Shown here: positions 48,616-63,602 of the stretch, piece after piece
Numbering within the stretch: the first letter of the stretch is position 1
How the letters are laid out: each line of letters starts with the position of its first letter
Assembly (NCBI RefSeq): GCF_000143415.4
Contig: NW_003314284.1
Location: 974,693-1,038,692 of the forward strand
Length of the DNA: 64,000 nucleotides
Direction of reading: 5' to 3'
Origin: Selaginella moellendorffii
Taxonomy: Eukaryota > Plantae > Lycopodiophyta
The notes under the pieces: generated by a model
What the model was told of the DNA's origin: nothing
The model's input: the letters and a program-made list of their open reading frames with translations, nothing else
The model's database searches: none
Position numbers and translations under genes: made by a program

Positions 48616-48829
48616 TTCCAAGTGTACATTTACAATGGTATATATTAATATTAAAAGTTATATATAATATTACTATAGTGGATTTTGATAATTGTCAGAT
48701 TGATTTCAATCCGAATTTATATATAAAATATGGTTTTTGGACTAATAAAAATCCACTTCCATATTTATTCTATGCACTTCCCTTACCATAAATCATGCAT
48801 TGGAGTGAGCTTTATATATGCCTCCACCC

Positions 48830-49924
<1,095 letters not shown>

Positions 49925-50074
49925 TCCAAGTTACCTTTGGAATGTCAAAGCTCGTGCAAGAGAAACGTAGCTTCACGGTCCATAGTTGTAGAAAATTACA
50001 AAAACGTAACTATTTCGCCTCCGACTTTTTAAGATAAAAAACAGAGAAATTGTGATTTCATAACAGTTTAAGTT

Positions 50075-50875
<801 letters not shown>

Positions 50876-51162
50876 TCAAGAGCTAGTATGGTAGTTCTTA
50901 CATGTGATTGAGCGAGAAATCGCCCAGCTGAAAGGGCCTGAGCAGTTCCTGGCATTCATGCCGAGAATCTATACGACTCTAGGGTCATTTTAAAGGAAAG
51001 CACGTATAATGGATTCGCTAGAAATCTCGATGGCGACGCAGTCATAGATAAAACCTTGGAGGGATGAACTTTACCATGAATGCCTTTTAGTTAACTTTTC
51101 TACTTTGGATATAACATATTTTAGGGATCCAGGATCATCCAGAGGTACGTCGTCGCGGCGCC

Positions 51163-53793
51163 ATGAGCTGCCTAGGGCTGGATCTTGGCAACGAGCACAG
51201 CCGCATTGCGATCGCGCGGCAGGGCGGCGTCGATGTCTTTCTCGACGAGGAATCCAGCCGCGAGACGCCCTCTGTCATCTCCTTCACGCAGCGCGATCGC
51301 TGCATTGGCGCATCCGGCGCGGCGTCGGCGCTGGGGAATCTCAAGAACACGGTGTGGCAGATCAAGAGGATTATCGGCAGGAAATTTCGGGATCCGGAGC
51401 TCCAGAGCGACCTCAAGCTCATGCCGTGCCTTGTCACCGAGGGAAGAGGGGGATGGCCGGCGATCCACGTCTCCTATCTCGGCGAGCACAGGATCTTCGG
51501 GGCCACGGAGCTGCTTGGGATGGTTCTAGCGCACTTGAAGTCGATCGCAGCCAAGAACATGATGGGAGTAGCTCCAGGGGAGTGCGTGATAGGAACTCCA
51601 GCTTTCATGGACGACGTCCAGAGGCGAGCTTACGTCGATGCTGCTGCGATTGCGGGTCTCCGGCCTCTCAAGCTCATCCACGAGACGACTGCCGCCGCGA
51701 TATCTTATGGCCTCTATCGGACGGATCTTCTTCACGAGACTCGGGAAATCTTCGTGGCTTTTGTGGACGTCGGGCATGCGCACACCCAGGTGGCGATCGT
51801 GGCCCTCCGGAGAGGTGTGCTGCGAGTTCTATCCTACGCGTTTGATCGGTGTCTCGGGGGCCGGGACTTTGACGAGGTGCTGTTCAGCCACTTTGCTGCG
51901 AAGTTCTCCGCCACCTACAGGATCGACGTCCTGTCCAACTCGCGGGCTTGCCAGAGATTGAGAAGAGCGTGCGAGAAGCTGAAGAAGATCCTCAGTGCCA
52001 ATGCCGAGGCTCCCATCAGCATCGAGTGTCTCATGGACGAGAAGGACGTCAAAGGCTTTATTACGAGAGAGGAGTTTGAGAAGCTGTGTGCCCCGCTGCT
52101 ACAGAGGATCAGGCATGCTTGTGAAAGAGCTTTAACGGATTCGGAACTGGCTGTGGACGATATCTCCGCTGTGGAAGTGATCGGTTCTGGTTCCAGAGTT
52201 CCTGCGATCGCTAGAGTTCTCGCTGCCGCTTTTAGGAGGGAGCCTAGCAGGACTTTAAATGCGAGCGAAAGCATTGCTCGCGGCTGTGCTCTCCAAGGTG
52301 CGATGTTCAGTCCAACTTTTCGAGTTAAGAAGCTCGAGGTAAAGCATTCCTTCGATTTTTTAGTTGTGTTGATATGTTTCGCTGCTACAGGTCCATGACT
52401 ATTTCCTGTTCCCTGTAGCGTTCTCGTGGGCTGGACCCGCAGCGTTTGAGTATGGTCTTGACGATCCCACGACTCCTTCAGCATCCATCGTTCCACAGAT
52501 TCTTCCAAACAGCATTGTTTTTCGGCGAGGGGTGTCGTTTTCTACGTCCAAACAGCTCACTTTCTGGGTAACTAATCCGATATTCGAGATTCGAGCGTTA
52601 TATGGAGATCTGACTGAACTTTCGGCAAGCGCTTCGAACCCTTTTGCAACATTTACTGTAAGAACTGATCCTTCGGAATGGTTTTTTATTGCGATCCGTT
52701 TCAGGTGGGACCTTTGAGTTGCAGGAAACCAGAATCTTCGCGTCTGAGGCTTTCAATTCACCTGAATCAGCATGGAATACTCATGTTGTCATCAGCCACT
52801 GTAAGTATAGCAAAAAAGTCTCGTCTTTTTTGTTTTTCGACATTCATCTGGTCATGGGATTTGTAGCTTATGGAAGATGAAGAACTGGAATCAGGCATGC
52901 AGCAGGTATTCGAGAGCGTTTTAAGAATCTCTAGGAAACGTCTCTCTGTCGTTTCCAGGGACAAAGTAGGATGAGGAGATTGAGACACACCGATGTGCCA
53001 ATCGTGGAAATGACAACGAAGGAGCTGTCCTCATTGGAGCTGCAAAATGCCATCGAGAAAGAGTTTGAGATGGAATTCCAGGATCGAGTGTCCGAAGAAA
53101 CGAAAGAGGCGAAGAATGCATTGGAAGCTCTAGTGTACGACATGCGAAACAAGGTATTTGCAATGACTGCTTGTGGGATTCTTACCGATTGATGCATGCA
53201 GTTTTATGGAAAATTACAAGAATATGCAAGTGAAACGGAGAAGAAAGATTTACTGAAGAAACTCCAAGATACTGAAACATGGTTGTACGAAGGAGGAGAC
53301 AATGAGACTAAAACTGTCTATGCTGCAAAGCTAGCGGACCTTAAAATGGTAAAATTGCGACAATTGCCTTCACTGCTTACTTGTAAATGCAGCTCGTGAA
53401 GTCACTCGAAGAACGGCTGGCCGAGGAGCATGCTCGTGATGCTGCAATGTCAGACATGCAAAGGCACATCGAGAATGTGCGAAATGCTGCTATTGCCAGG
53501 GGTGCTCATCTTGATCAGTTTCGTATTGAAAGGGCAAGTGATTGTTTTGTTAGTCTCAACATTTTTATTTGTTTTTCTCTTCTAGGTCTTTTCGGAATGC
53601 GATCAAGCGGAGTTATGGCTTAGGGAAGCGAAACACAGCCAGGCGATCCTGCCAAAATATGCGAAGCCGGCTGTATGGGCCTCTGACATTAAGCACAAAG
53701 CAGAACTTTTGGACAGGTGCCTTTAAAATTGTTTTGCATCTTCACTACCGGGTTTGTAATCTGTACAGATACTGTAAGTCGCTTATTGGATGA
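51163..53793 (+). CDS. Hsp110/SSE-type heat shock protein 70 (multi-exon)
   Basis: GLDLGN, SRETPSVISF, LIHETTAAAISYG, FVDVGH, LGGRDFDE, VEVIGSGSRVP, ESIARGCALQ, EAKNALEALVYDMRNK, LQDTETWLYE; short GT-AG introns. Confidence 0.92.
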
Positions 53794-53811
53794 ATCATCC
53801 GATCGACAACT

Positions 53812-55674
53812 TCACCAGTGGTCTTTACAGGAGCATTGTCCATGCTCAAAGTGATGGTAACATGTTACATCTCTTACAACTATAGCTCTGTCGACGATCC
53901 TGGAAATGACTTTGATTGCAGCATGGCACTCGGAGCAGATACGTAAGTTCTTGACGATTTGAAGCGGGGTGCCAGGATCAGTTGTCAACAAACCAAAAGC
54001 TAAAGCAACTCTTTCGCTGTGATAGCCGAGATGCTCCACATTTTCTTCCATCGTCTCGACATCCCTCAGCACCTCGTTCATATCAGGTACATAGCCAGCT
54101 TCTTGCATTTGCCGGTCCAGCCTTTCCAACTCGGCTTTAAGTTTATCAGTTTGTGGGTGCAGCTTGCCGGTCGTGCCAAACTCGTGCAACCTATTCTTAA
54201 TCTCGATATAACTTTGTCCTGGGAGCTTCTTCCAATCTCTCTCTTGCATCGCTCGTCGAATTCTCCGGACGTCATCCCACCTCCCAACTCGGCCATAGAT
54301 ACTGGAGAGGAGCACAAACGCAGCGGTATTCGCCGGATCCAATTCCAGAACTCGATCGGCAACGAGCTCGGCTCTCTCCACGCGGCCATGCATCTTGTAA
54401 CAACCGAGTAGCGTCACCCAGATAACACTCGTCGGCTGGAAAGGCATCTCGTCCACCACCTCCTCGGCTTGAGTGACCCATCCAGCCCGGCCGAGAACGT
54501 CAATCAAGCGCACGAAGTGGTCGACCTCGTGGGAAATGCCGTGATCCATCGTCATTGACACGAAGTAACTCCTGGCCAGTTCCACAAGTCCGGTGTGGCT
54601 GCAAGCGTGCAAGATACTGTTAAAGGTAACTCGGTTCATTTCGCACGACTCCATGACCATCTCTTGGAATAATTGCAGGGCGTCGTTGCTATGCCCGTGC
54701 TGGGCATATCCGGCGAGCAGCGTGTTCCAGCATACGAGATCTTTCTTTTTGACTGTGTCGAATGCGATCCTGGCTTCGTGCATTCTCCCGCATCGTGAGT
54801 ACATGGTGACGATCGCGGTGGCCACCACCAGGTGCTTTTCCAATCCAAGAGCGATGATCCGGCTGTGGAAGGCTATGCCCTCGGAGAGAGCTCCCAACCT
54901 CGAGCAAGCGTCCAGCACTCCAGAGTAAGCGTACATGTTTGCTTTGGTTCCTTCCAGCTCCATGTTTCGAAACATTTCCAGGGTGGTCTTTCCATCTCCG
55001 TGCTCCGAGTAGGCCGTGATGATAGCTCCCCAGGCAACGATATCTTTGCGCTCCATCACGTCGAAGGCTCTCCGAGCATCCTCAACACTGCCACACTTCG
55101 CATACATGTCCAGCAAGCCAGTTGTGACGATGCTGCTCTTGCCGAAAGATGGTGGCTTTGCTTGTCCGCCGCTGGAAGACGCAACGATCAAGTGCGAGTG
55201 AATCGCCCGTCCCTCCTCGAGGGCGTCAGTTCCGAGCGCTCCACAGGCACCCAGGGCGATGGAGAAGATGAAGTCGTCGGGCTCCACTCTATCGTCCTTC
55301 ATCTCCTGATAGGCATCGAGAGCGTCCCGGAAGAGCCCGTTCTGGAAGTAGGCGAGGATGAGGATTGTCCAAGAGAAGACGTTCCTGGTGACTATCCGGT
55401 CGAAGGCACTTCGCGCTTGATCCAGCTCGCCGCATTTACCATACATCTGGACGAGCAAATTCCCGAGAAACGTATCGCCGTCGTAGCCGCGGGACTTGAG
55501 GAGGAAGTGGAGCCTCTTCCCTTCCCAGAGGTTCTGGCTGCTCCCGCATCTTCGCAACGCCTCGGCGTAGCATTTGGTGGTGTCGCTGCTGCAGCGCAAA
55601 CTTGGACTAGAACCCACTACTGCTACATCGCTGGCGAGCCGCGGAGAACAGCTGGAGCTCCAGACAGCGTCCAT
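53812..55674 (-). CDS. PLS-class PPR protein with E and DYW deaminase domain (organellar C-to-U editing factor), 620 aa
   Basis: PPR repeats (LLVQMYGKCG, VFSWT, VCWNTLLAGYAQHG), PGQSYIE, HSE...CSECH, terminal CSCKDHW. Confidence 0.95.
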   Translation of the reverse strand: MDAVWSSSCSPRLASDVAVVGSSPSLRCSSDTTKCYAEALRRCGSSQNLWEGKRLHFLLKSRGYDGDTFLGNLLVQMYGKCGELDQARSAFDRIVTRNVFSWTILILAYFQNGLFRDALDAYQEMKDDRVEPDDFIFSIALGACGALGTDALEEGRAIHSHLIVASSSGGQAKPPSFGKSSIVTTGLLDMYAKCGSVEDARRAFDVMERKDIVAWGAIITAYSEHGDGKTTLEMFRNMELEGTKANMYAYSGVLDACSRLGALSEGIAFHSRIIALGLEKHLVVATAIVTMYSRCGRMHEARIAFDTVKKKDLVCWNTLLAGYAQHGHSNDALQLFQEMVMESCEMNRVTFNSILHACSHTGLVELARSYFVSMTMDHGISHEVDHFVRLIDVLGRAGWVTQAEEVVDEMPFQPTSVIWVTLLGCYKMHGRVERAELVADRVLELDPANTAAFVLLSSIYGRVGRWDDVRRIRRAMQERDWKKLPGQSYIEIKNRLHEFGTTGKLHPQTDKLKAELERLDRQMQEAGYVPDMNEVLRDVETMEENVEHLGYHSERVALAFGLLTTDPGTPLQIVKNLRICSECHAAIKVISRIVDRAIVVRDVTCYHHFEHGQCSCKDHW

Positions 55675-55683
55675 TCATTCCAT

Positions 55684-55972
55684 CACAAAGCTCTCCGCAA
55701 GCATTAGGTAAGGTTATTTTGTGATTTATAGATTCTTTCTCTTGACACGATCGGAGACTTATATTTGAAAGTAAGGAGTCCAGAGGAAAAACTGCAAGCT
55801 CTCAGCCAGGCAAGAAAACTTTCAAGCTTTGACACGCTTTCACAAAGCTCTAGGTAAGGTTATTTTGTGATTTATATATTCTTTGACACGATCGGACACT
55901 TATATTTTGAAAGTAAGGAGTCCAGAGGAAAAACTGCAAGCTCTCAGCCAGGCAAGAAACCTTTCAAACTTT
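55684..55972. repeat. Tandem ~145-bp duplication upstream of the PPR gene
   Basis: TAGGTAAGGTTATTTTGTGATTTATA...GAAAAACTGCAAGCTCTCAGCCAGGCAAGAAA occurs twice. Confidence 0.85.
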
Positions 55973-56871
55973 CATTTAAGAGAAACGCTTTGAAAGAGCT
56001 AGCTTCGCAATTCTAGCGAATCTCACGACGAATACAGTCGCCAGCGATGAATAGAGTTTATCTCGCTAGCTCTCTCAGCCTGCTCTCGTCGCGACCATGG
56101 CCACAACGAAGGGTTCGTGGACAGCGGGTAGAGGCAACGCTTACTTGCAGTAATCGGCGGCCAACTTGGGCTTAGTCATACAGGACGAGATGAGCGATGT
56201 GCGTGGTGGTGGTGATAAGAAGTCCAAACTCGATCACGGCAGGAGGTCGCTCGTCTTGGAGGCTGGATCGAACTTCAGATCCATCTTTCCTCGTAAGAGT
56301 TGCCAGTTCTCTGTCTGCGCAGAGACTGAAACAAGTAAAGTTGAACGCAAGTACAGCCATTATAAGTTAAGCTTGACTCGGTGATCATATGCGGTTCACT
56401 TGTCGGTGGGTCAGATCAAAGCAAGCTCACACTTTTTTCCTTTTTGTATTTGCTTGGAGATGTTTGAGGAGTACCATGTACACCTCGGCTCTTTTGGCAA
56501 ACCGATATTGAGGGAGTCTATGTCGCTGACGGCAATGGCGACGCGGAGGGAGCCCGTGGAGAATCATCGCAGCAAGTAGCCTGGCAAGTGGCGTTGTATA
56601 GTTGATCGATTGGTGAAGTCGGACTGGGGAAATAGCAAGTACGATTCGATTCAAACAACAAAGAGTAGCCTCCCAAATTCTGTTGATCCCGTGCATTGAC
56701 GTTCAAACGGATGAAATGGCTTTTTCTCCAGTCAAGGCAGATCAGTTAGCACATAAAAAATATTTCGAGTATCTTTTAAGCAAGAAAAGTTTAAATATAT
56801 TTCATTCTTCTACATATTTCTTGCAGAAAAAACAAGGAATTCATCCCACAAAACAAACAAGTTTGTTAATT

Positions 56872-57790
56872 TTACAACACTTCTATGATTTTCTTTATGA
56901 ATTCCTTGGCTAAGAGCGTATACGTGTGTTCAGTTGGGTGTATTATATCCCAAAAGACGTAATCGCTTGGATTCTTGCACAGCCCACTCAATGTATTCTT
57001 TTGTGAAAGGCAATTGGGACAACAACCCCCGGCATTCTTAAATCCAAACCTCTTTGGGTTCTCCACGTATGATTTGATCAAAGCCATCCACAAATGTTCC
57101 TTTCATCCCTGGAAATCTCTTTGCCACCCCTAAAACAATCTCCCGAGCTTGCACATTGAATTCTTCCACCAGATTGTTAATCTCGCCCACACATTTTCCT
57201 CCAGAGGTCACAATAGGTGAACACCCTAGTGCCCCGACACTTGAGTAGACGATCTTTCGAAATCCATACTTGTATAGCTGTTCCAATCCTTTCTCTAATG
57301 ACATTAACATTGCTTTCAAGTCAATATCAGCAATGTTTTGAAGATTTGCTGCAATATCATTCCCAGCAGAAGATATCACAACCACAAAATCATTGAGATT
57401 GAGATTTTTCTTGGAGAGCTGCACGAGCTGCTTTAGCTGCTCGTTAAACGACACAACGCCCCAGTCCGAGTGAGTAGAGTCGAGTAAGCCACTGCCGTCT
57501 GACGCAAAATTAATGCTTGGTGGAAGTTGACTCCCAGCTTTCAAGCCCAGGAATGGTCTTGAAAAGGGCAAACCTATCGCCTTGTTTATCAGATCTGGAA
57601 TTATAAACCCATCGCTACACCTCCCGGATGGCTTTCTAAACCTCGTCTCCCCATATGGCACAAAATCACAGTGCGAAACTGAATTCTTCACATATTTGTT
57701 TGTGCCCACGTCGAAGATTGAATCTCCCATGTAGATAGTCCTGAGTTGACCTCCCATACACGCACACGCAGAGAGCCAAGATTGCAAAGA
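56872..57790 (-). pseudogene. GDSL esterase/lipase, intronless, frameshifted near 57085
   Basis: MGDSIFDVGTN, PYG, GRCSDG, INFASDGSG, SAGNDI, GCSP, YVFWDIIHPTE split over two frames. Confidence 0.85.
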
Positions 57791-58115
57791 TCCTCGACCA
57801 CTTCGTCATCTCGCCAAACTTTAATATGGCAAAACCTAATGCACAAGCTAGTTTATATAGAGTTAGGGAAAAGGAAAAGGTTACTTCATCTAATAAAAGT
57901 ACCTTTAAATACTTGAATGAAAACTAAAGTTTTAGCAAGCATTGTCTACACGATATCATAGACGACACAAGCTCATCAAAGTTGAGGATCGCAGAGAGCC
58001 AAGATTGCAACCACGAATACTAAGATCCTCGACCACTTCGTCATCTCGCCAAAACCTTATGGCAAAACCTAATGCACAAGCTAATTTATATAGAGTTAGG
58101 GAAAAAGGAAAAGGT
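57770..58115. repeat. ~110-bp local duplication upstream of the GDSL gene
   Basis: CGCAGAGAGCCAAGATTGCAA...AGATCCTCGACCACTTCGTCATCTCGCCAAA...GGCAAAACCTAATGCACAAGCTA at ~57766 and ~57990. Confidence 0.8.
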
Positions 58116-58649
58116 TTCTGGCTGTGATTAAATATCGGGAACTAGTTATGCAAAGCTTAAGGAGATAGTTGAGTACCTTTAAATACTTGAATTTAAACTA
58201 TAGCTAAAATTTTAGCAAACTTTGGATGCATTGTCTACATGATATCATAGACAATAATAGACTGAGGAAGGATGGCAGCATTATCATACACCACAAGCTC
58301 ATCAAAGTTGAGTATCCCTCCCACTTCACCAGACACGGAGTGATAGCCATCCGGTGGAGCAACCAACTCGGCCTGTCCTCGGTCACCTTGAACACACGAG
58401 TGTTAAAGCTTCGAAAGGAGTAACATACTCTCGAATTATATTAAACGTGATAAAGTCATTATCCGTTAGGCTTTTGTTTAAACCAACAGGCCCGTTAAAC
58501 CAAAAACCTAAGAAAATCGGACAGTGCAGAGAGCTTTTTGGTGAAGAGTAGGGAGAGAGACAGGTAGGGTTCTTAGCGAGCTATACAGTTTCTTCATCAA
58601 AACATCTTCTACAAATCAGATTACTAGGCAAAACGGAAGGTTAACTCTT

Positions 58650-60715
58650 TCAGCAGATCCTCTGTTTCTTCTGCATACGGACAATCTCCAGCTGCGGAGG
58701 AAGAAAAATGACCACCTGTTGGTTGTCGTACTCCCAAAAGGACTGCATAGTATCGACGGACGAGAATTCAAACACAATGCTGAGGCAGCACTCGTCCTCC
58801 ACAGGCTCCTCGTTGCTGTAAATCTTCACCATGTCCAAACACGTCTTTTGCAGGTCACCTTTCACAGGGCCAGATACAATGTCGATTCTCCCTGCAGCAA
58901 CCACAATATCAGTCAGCATGCATCGTCAAGAGGCCACACACCACACTAACCTGCAAATCTTGGTAGTTTGAGACGGATGACATACTTGTCTTCCGACTCC
59001 TTATGCTGCACAGTTCCCCTTTTGTTGCCTTCAGCTCAGATTCGTACAGCACCAGGTTCCACTCAAAGACTCTCGCCTTGAAGACGTTCCGCTGCTCTTT
59101 ACGGATTTCTTTGGTATATGTCTTCAACCATTTCCAGCGTTCACGCAAGGAATTCATTGCCGACGTGTATCCTCATGAAGCCCTGAACGAAGTTGTAAGC
59201 GTCCTCAAGGTCTGTTGCGAGATTGCCAGTAACCAGTTTCTTCCTCTGAAAATGCGGTGATGAGAACGAGCTGTAAGAATTGAGATCAGCTTACCATATC
59301 GGGTTTTACGTAGTAAACCCCGACCAGAAACTTGGAGTTCCTTCGAGTGAGCGTTGTGCCGGTTTTCCTTTCATATTGTTCCTTGAGTGTATCATATTGT
59401 GCTTGCAGTTCCTCCAGAGTACCTGGCACCAGCGCATACGATTCCTCGGGGAAGGAGGTCTTCAACCAGTCTCTCATACTGGAAACATGCTTCTTGTACG
59501 CCCTGAAAGGAAGAATATGAGAAATATGTTTAGTGCTGTCGTCTCACTTACGCGTAGCTTTCTGGAGCGATCTTGCCGTCGCAGACTGTCACGAATCCAA
59601 AAATGTCCAAAATCCCATAGTTGTACACATCGTTGGCCCAAGCAAAGGTATACAGTCGATCAACTGGGTGAAATTCCTCGAGCTCCCTCAAAAGCTCGTT
59701 ACAGCCAGATGAGCCCGACTGAAATGTGTCCTCGTCTTTCAAACTGGACCAACATTCGTTAGTGCCTGCTACGAGGGGAAAACGGATTTAATTTACCTCC
59801 ATTTAGCTTCAGTGACGGAAACCGGCAGCCAGAACTCGGGGTTCACGTAAGGGTAATGCTTCTTCATCCACTGGATTAATTCAACGTTTTTCACTTTGCT
59901 CTTGAAGTCGCAACGCCACCGCTGTAGCAGAACGAAGCACGTAAGTTACAGGCAGGCAGATCATTTCATAAGGCTACTCTTACCTTGGGTTCGTCCTTGT
60001 CCTCGACCTCGTGGTATTCCCGCATGTCCGTCTTTACCTCGAGAACAGCGTTTCCGTCGTCGTCGCGAATTATCTCACCATTCTCGTCGCGTTGCACGGT
60101 ATAGAATGTGACTCCTTCCACTTCTGCAATCATGTCTCGATCACGGGGAATCACGTACCGAAAGCCGGGAAACAGCGAGCCCATGTGAATTCTGTCTTGA
60201 GATTCAGTAGCTGCCTCAGAAAAGCAGCGCTTCGTCTCAGCTGGTCCCCGACTGATCTTGTCAAGAATAGAATCAAGTGTCGCCTGCCTCAAGCCCACAT
60301 AAGTCTGATCCATCTTGTCGTCTGATGGAAAGTTGCCGGAACAAGATACTAGCGGATGCTGGAACATGAAGGAGGCTGCAGTTGCTTCAGATGGCGGACA
60401 GTTCAAGAGAGACCTTTTCCTGCGAGAACCCGGGCTAGCCGGGGTAACGAGAGTAGCAGGACGCGTGACCGAGGAAGCCAATGGGGTACCCGGGGTAGCA
60501 TGAGGCACTGATGGAATGGAAGTTGACGCCGTGGAAGCCGATGGAACCGGATCTACATCCATAACTACTGGACCTGCTAAAGCAGCCTTAAGTGATAAAC
60601 CTTGATGTATTTTCCGTTGAGACTCGGATGCTACTCCTCTGGGAGGCTCTCCAGTCAGCCTAATATGCTTGTTAGTTCCCTTATCCCAACACTCGCGAAG
60701 CAAATCCCTCTTCAT
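58650..60715 (-). CDS. Uncharacterised multi-exon gene
   Basis: 249-aa first ORF followed by in-series minus-strand ORF segments separated by short GT-AG introns; no recognisable family. Confidence 0.5.
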
Positions 60716-62865
60716 CGGCGCTTACCCTAATCCTTCTGAGAGAATAAAATATGCCACAAAATAGAATATATTGTCTTGGCGCCCTAAATTTGAACTAATT
60801 TTTTAGGGACGCATTATGAAAAACCAGTTAAGATTTACTTATCCTTGGCTTGGAAGTTGTAGTGACTCTCTTTTTTGATAAATTCAAGAGGAAGAACCTC
60901 AGACCAAGCTTCCTTTAAAGAACGAAGGTGCATCATCTACTCTTCCGTCAAAGAAAGAAAAGAAATACTTCCCTCCTTCTCTCTTTCTCTCTGTCTGTCG
61001 TTTTAAGCTTGTGGCATTTTTAGATCATTCATCTTGTCTGGCGCGGCCACACTGTGAGGAGATCAGAAGATGATTGATGTGAGACTCTCGGCTCAAGGCA
61101 TTCAACAGGTAAGAGTATGATCCTCCAGTTTTTTATTCTCCATTTTGTTGATATAAAACTGTCAAGCAGGACGTTTTAATTGGAATAATCAAAAAGAGTT
61201 CTGAAGCTTACTTGTGTGGTTCAGATTCTAGTTTCTCATCTGACAAGATCTTTGGACACATTGAAATGTGCTTTACACTGGTTCAAGGTGATATACAAAG
61301 TTTTGCATTCTCCCATATTTGCATTCAGGACGAGAGATGTAGTTTGCGTATGGAAGTCAGCAGCTTACACACTGAACACGTAGCTGGGGCTGGCAATACT
61401 GGCCGTGATCCACAGGTAAAACTTAAAAAAAAAAAACAAAGACTTCTCTTTCACTTTAAAATATGTTGCTAGAAAACTCACTCTACTTACAGGTGCTTTC
61501 TCTCGATTTTCCCGGGCTATCATTCGAGAAGCTAGATCCAGTCTGGTGGTTCTCGCCGCAGGAGGCTCCTAACATCGAGGCATTCCGGACCTGAGAACTT
61601 CCTTCCGCCATTCTTTCATCTAATTTGATGTACTCTTCATGAACTCAGTGAACCTTCGCAAACGGGTCGCTTCTTTCTGTCGCCATCTTCTTTCACGGCC
61701 AGAAGAAGAAATTACATTCTACTTTCTTCGTGGTGCATATTCTTTGGATGTTCTTCCGTTTCTGTAACTCTTTCCACTGTGGTTCGCTCCAGGTACTTAC
61801 CGGTGATAAAGCTTTGCAAGCTTGCAATCTAAGTACTGAGTGAATTTGCAACGTTGTGTTTTCTCTAACCTTTGGAAATTTCACAGGACGTGGTTCCTCT
61901 CCCCAAAGGTTTTCCAAAAGTCATCCCGGAGTTCGTGCGGATGATATGTTTCCAATCGTGAATGAAGTGGAGTCATGACATTTGGCCTTTGACGTGTCTC
62001 AGATAGACTTCTATGATCAACTCCATAACTGCCAATCGTGTAAGATCTTGGTAATGTACAAATTGCTCTCAAACTCTCTTCTTCGGATTTCTTGTTTTGC
62101 CAAGAGTTGAAAACTCTCTTTCCTAGGTTTTGCATGCTTGGAGCGAGATGAGCATACAGACAGCTACAATCTTTTCAGCACTGGTTGCCTTCCCTCCAGT
62201 GAGTCTTGCAGGGAAGGCAGCCTTAAATCCATCAAGAACTTCATCACAAATGTTCTAGAACTGGAGAGCATTGCGGTTCAAGCAGCATCTGGGGATGCCG
62301 AATTCAATCATGACACGAGCAGCATTGGATATAAATAGAGAGAAAAAACCGACTTACTCTGGTATCCTTTACGATCTTTCACAGGTGTGACTGCTCCCAA
62401 AGTTCTCCAGTTGATGGATTTGGGAGGGTCAGAGCCGACGTTGCCAAACATTCTGATGCCTGCATCACCATCCATCTAGATTACTATCACTGGCGGCATT
62501 TGCATTTGCAGCAAACGAAAGCCAGACCAAGAGACGAGGACACATTCTTAGAGAGTTGCTTATCTCGTTAAAACGAAGGGTTATTACAGCAGTTGCAGCA
62601 CGAGACTCATGCGGGCGCACTACTGTCGATCTTACGGACGTATTCAAAGAGACTTTGCTAGGACAAAAAAACGTGCACTGAATGAGACTGAAGAAGAAAT
62701 CTCTTTGCAAGTTGGCAAAGGATATACAATGCAAATGAGGATCCTTGACTCAAGACAAAATGGCATCGCAAAAACAAACAGGAGAGAGAGAGAGAGAGAG
62801 AGAGAATTTAAACTCTACCTCTGAAGTGTTTGTACGGCTCCTCGAATCCAATTCAAGCCAGACTT

Positions 62866-63602
62866 TCAGTTTAGCTTGAACTCCGCATCTCTGGAATACC
62901 ATTCATCAGCACTCGTGTACTTGCAATCTTGCAAAAGCTCGCCCGTCGTCAGCATTTGATAAAGAAGACATCGAAACCTTATACGAAAGCGCTGACATTT
63001 CAACCCAGCCGTTCGAACCATGGTCGAATGTGTGATCACCTCCACCTGCATCTGGATCAAACACACCGAGTACGAACCAAAAACAAAAAAAACAAAAAAA
63101 AAAAAACTCTCAGGTTGTACCCTTCCCGCAGAGGCAAAGGCACACCAATAGAACCTATGAAAAACTCGGGCTGAATCAAAGAAGACCGCGGGTGAAAAAC
63201 GTCCTCCACAATCGCATAGCCAATGGGCAGACCTCACCTCGGTAGAGCACCGTTATCTCGAGATCCGCATGGTAGAAATCCACGTTCTTGTTTGGATTGG
63301 TGATGTTGAGGATGCAAAACATGACGAACCTCAACGTGTAAGCGTAGTCGTTTCCTCTTCCTTTTAGCTGCTGCTGCTCCAATGGATCCACTGGGATCAC
63401 CTGTCCATACATCATCTCCATGAACAGGACGGCCGGGCGAGGATGGTGGTAGGGAAATCCAGTAGTAAACGAGCCCAGCAGCCACGGAGAGGATTCCAAT
63501 GACCAGCAGCAATCGAAAGAGCTCGGTTCCAGATTCCTGCTGCTGCTGCTGGAGTTGCTGCTGTAGTGGGTCTTGTGTGTCCGATCCGATAGTCACAGCC
63601 AA
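62866..63602 (-). pseudogene. LEA_2/NHL-like membrane protein, apparently frameshifted
   Basis: N-terminal TM helix (LLLVIGILSVAAGLVYYW) then, in another frame, LNITNPNKNVDFYHADLEITVLYRG, resembling the LEA_2 NPN motif. Confidence 0.55.

Noticed and set aside
56000-56700. Possible small gene between PPR and GDSL
   Set aside because: Splice-like signals present but I could not build a consistent frame or recognise a product.
61070-62830. Possible gene or pseudogene fragments
   Set aside because: Short ORFs on both strands with no recognisable motifs or consistent model.
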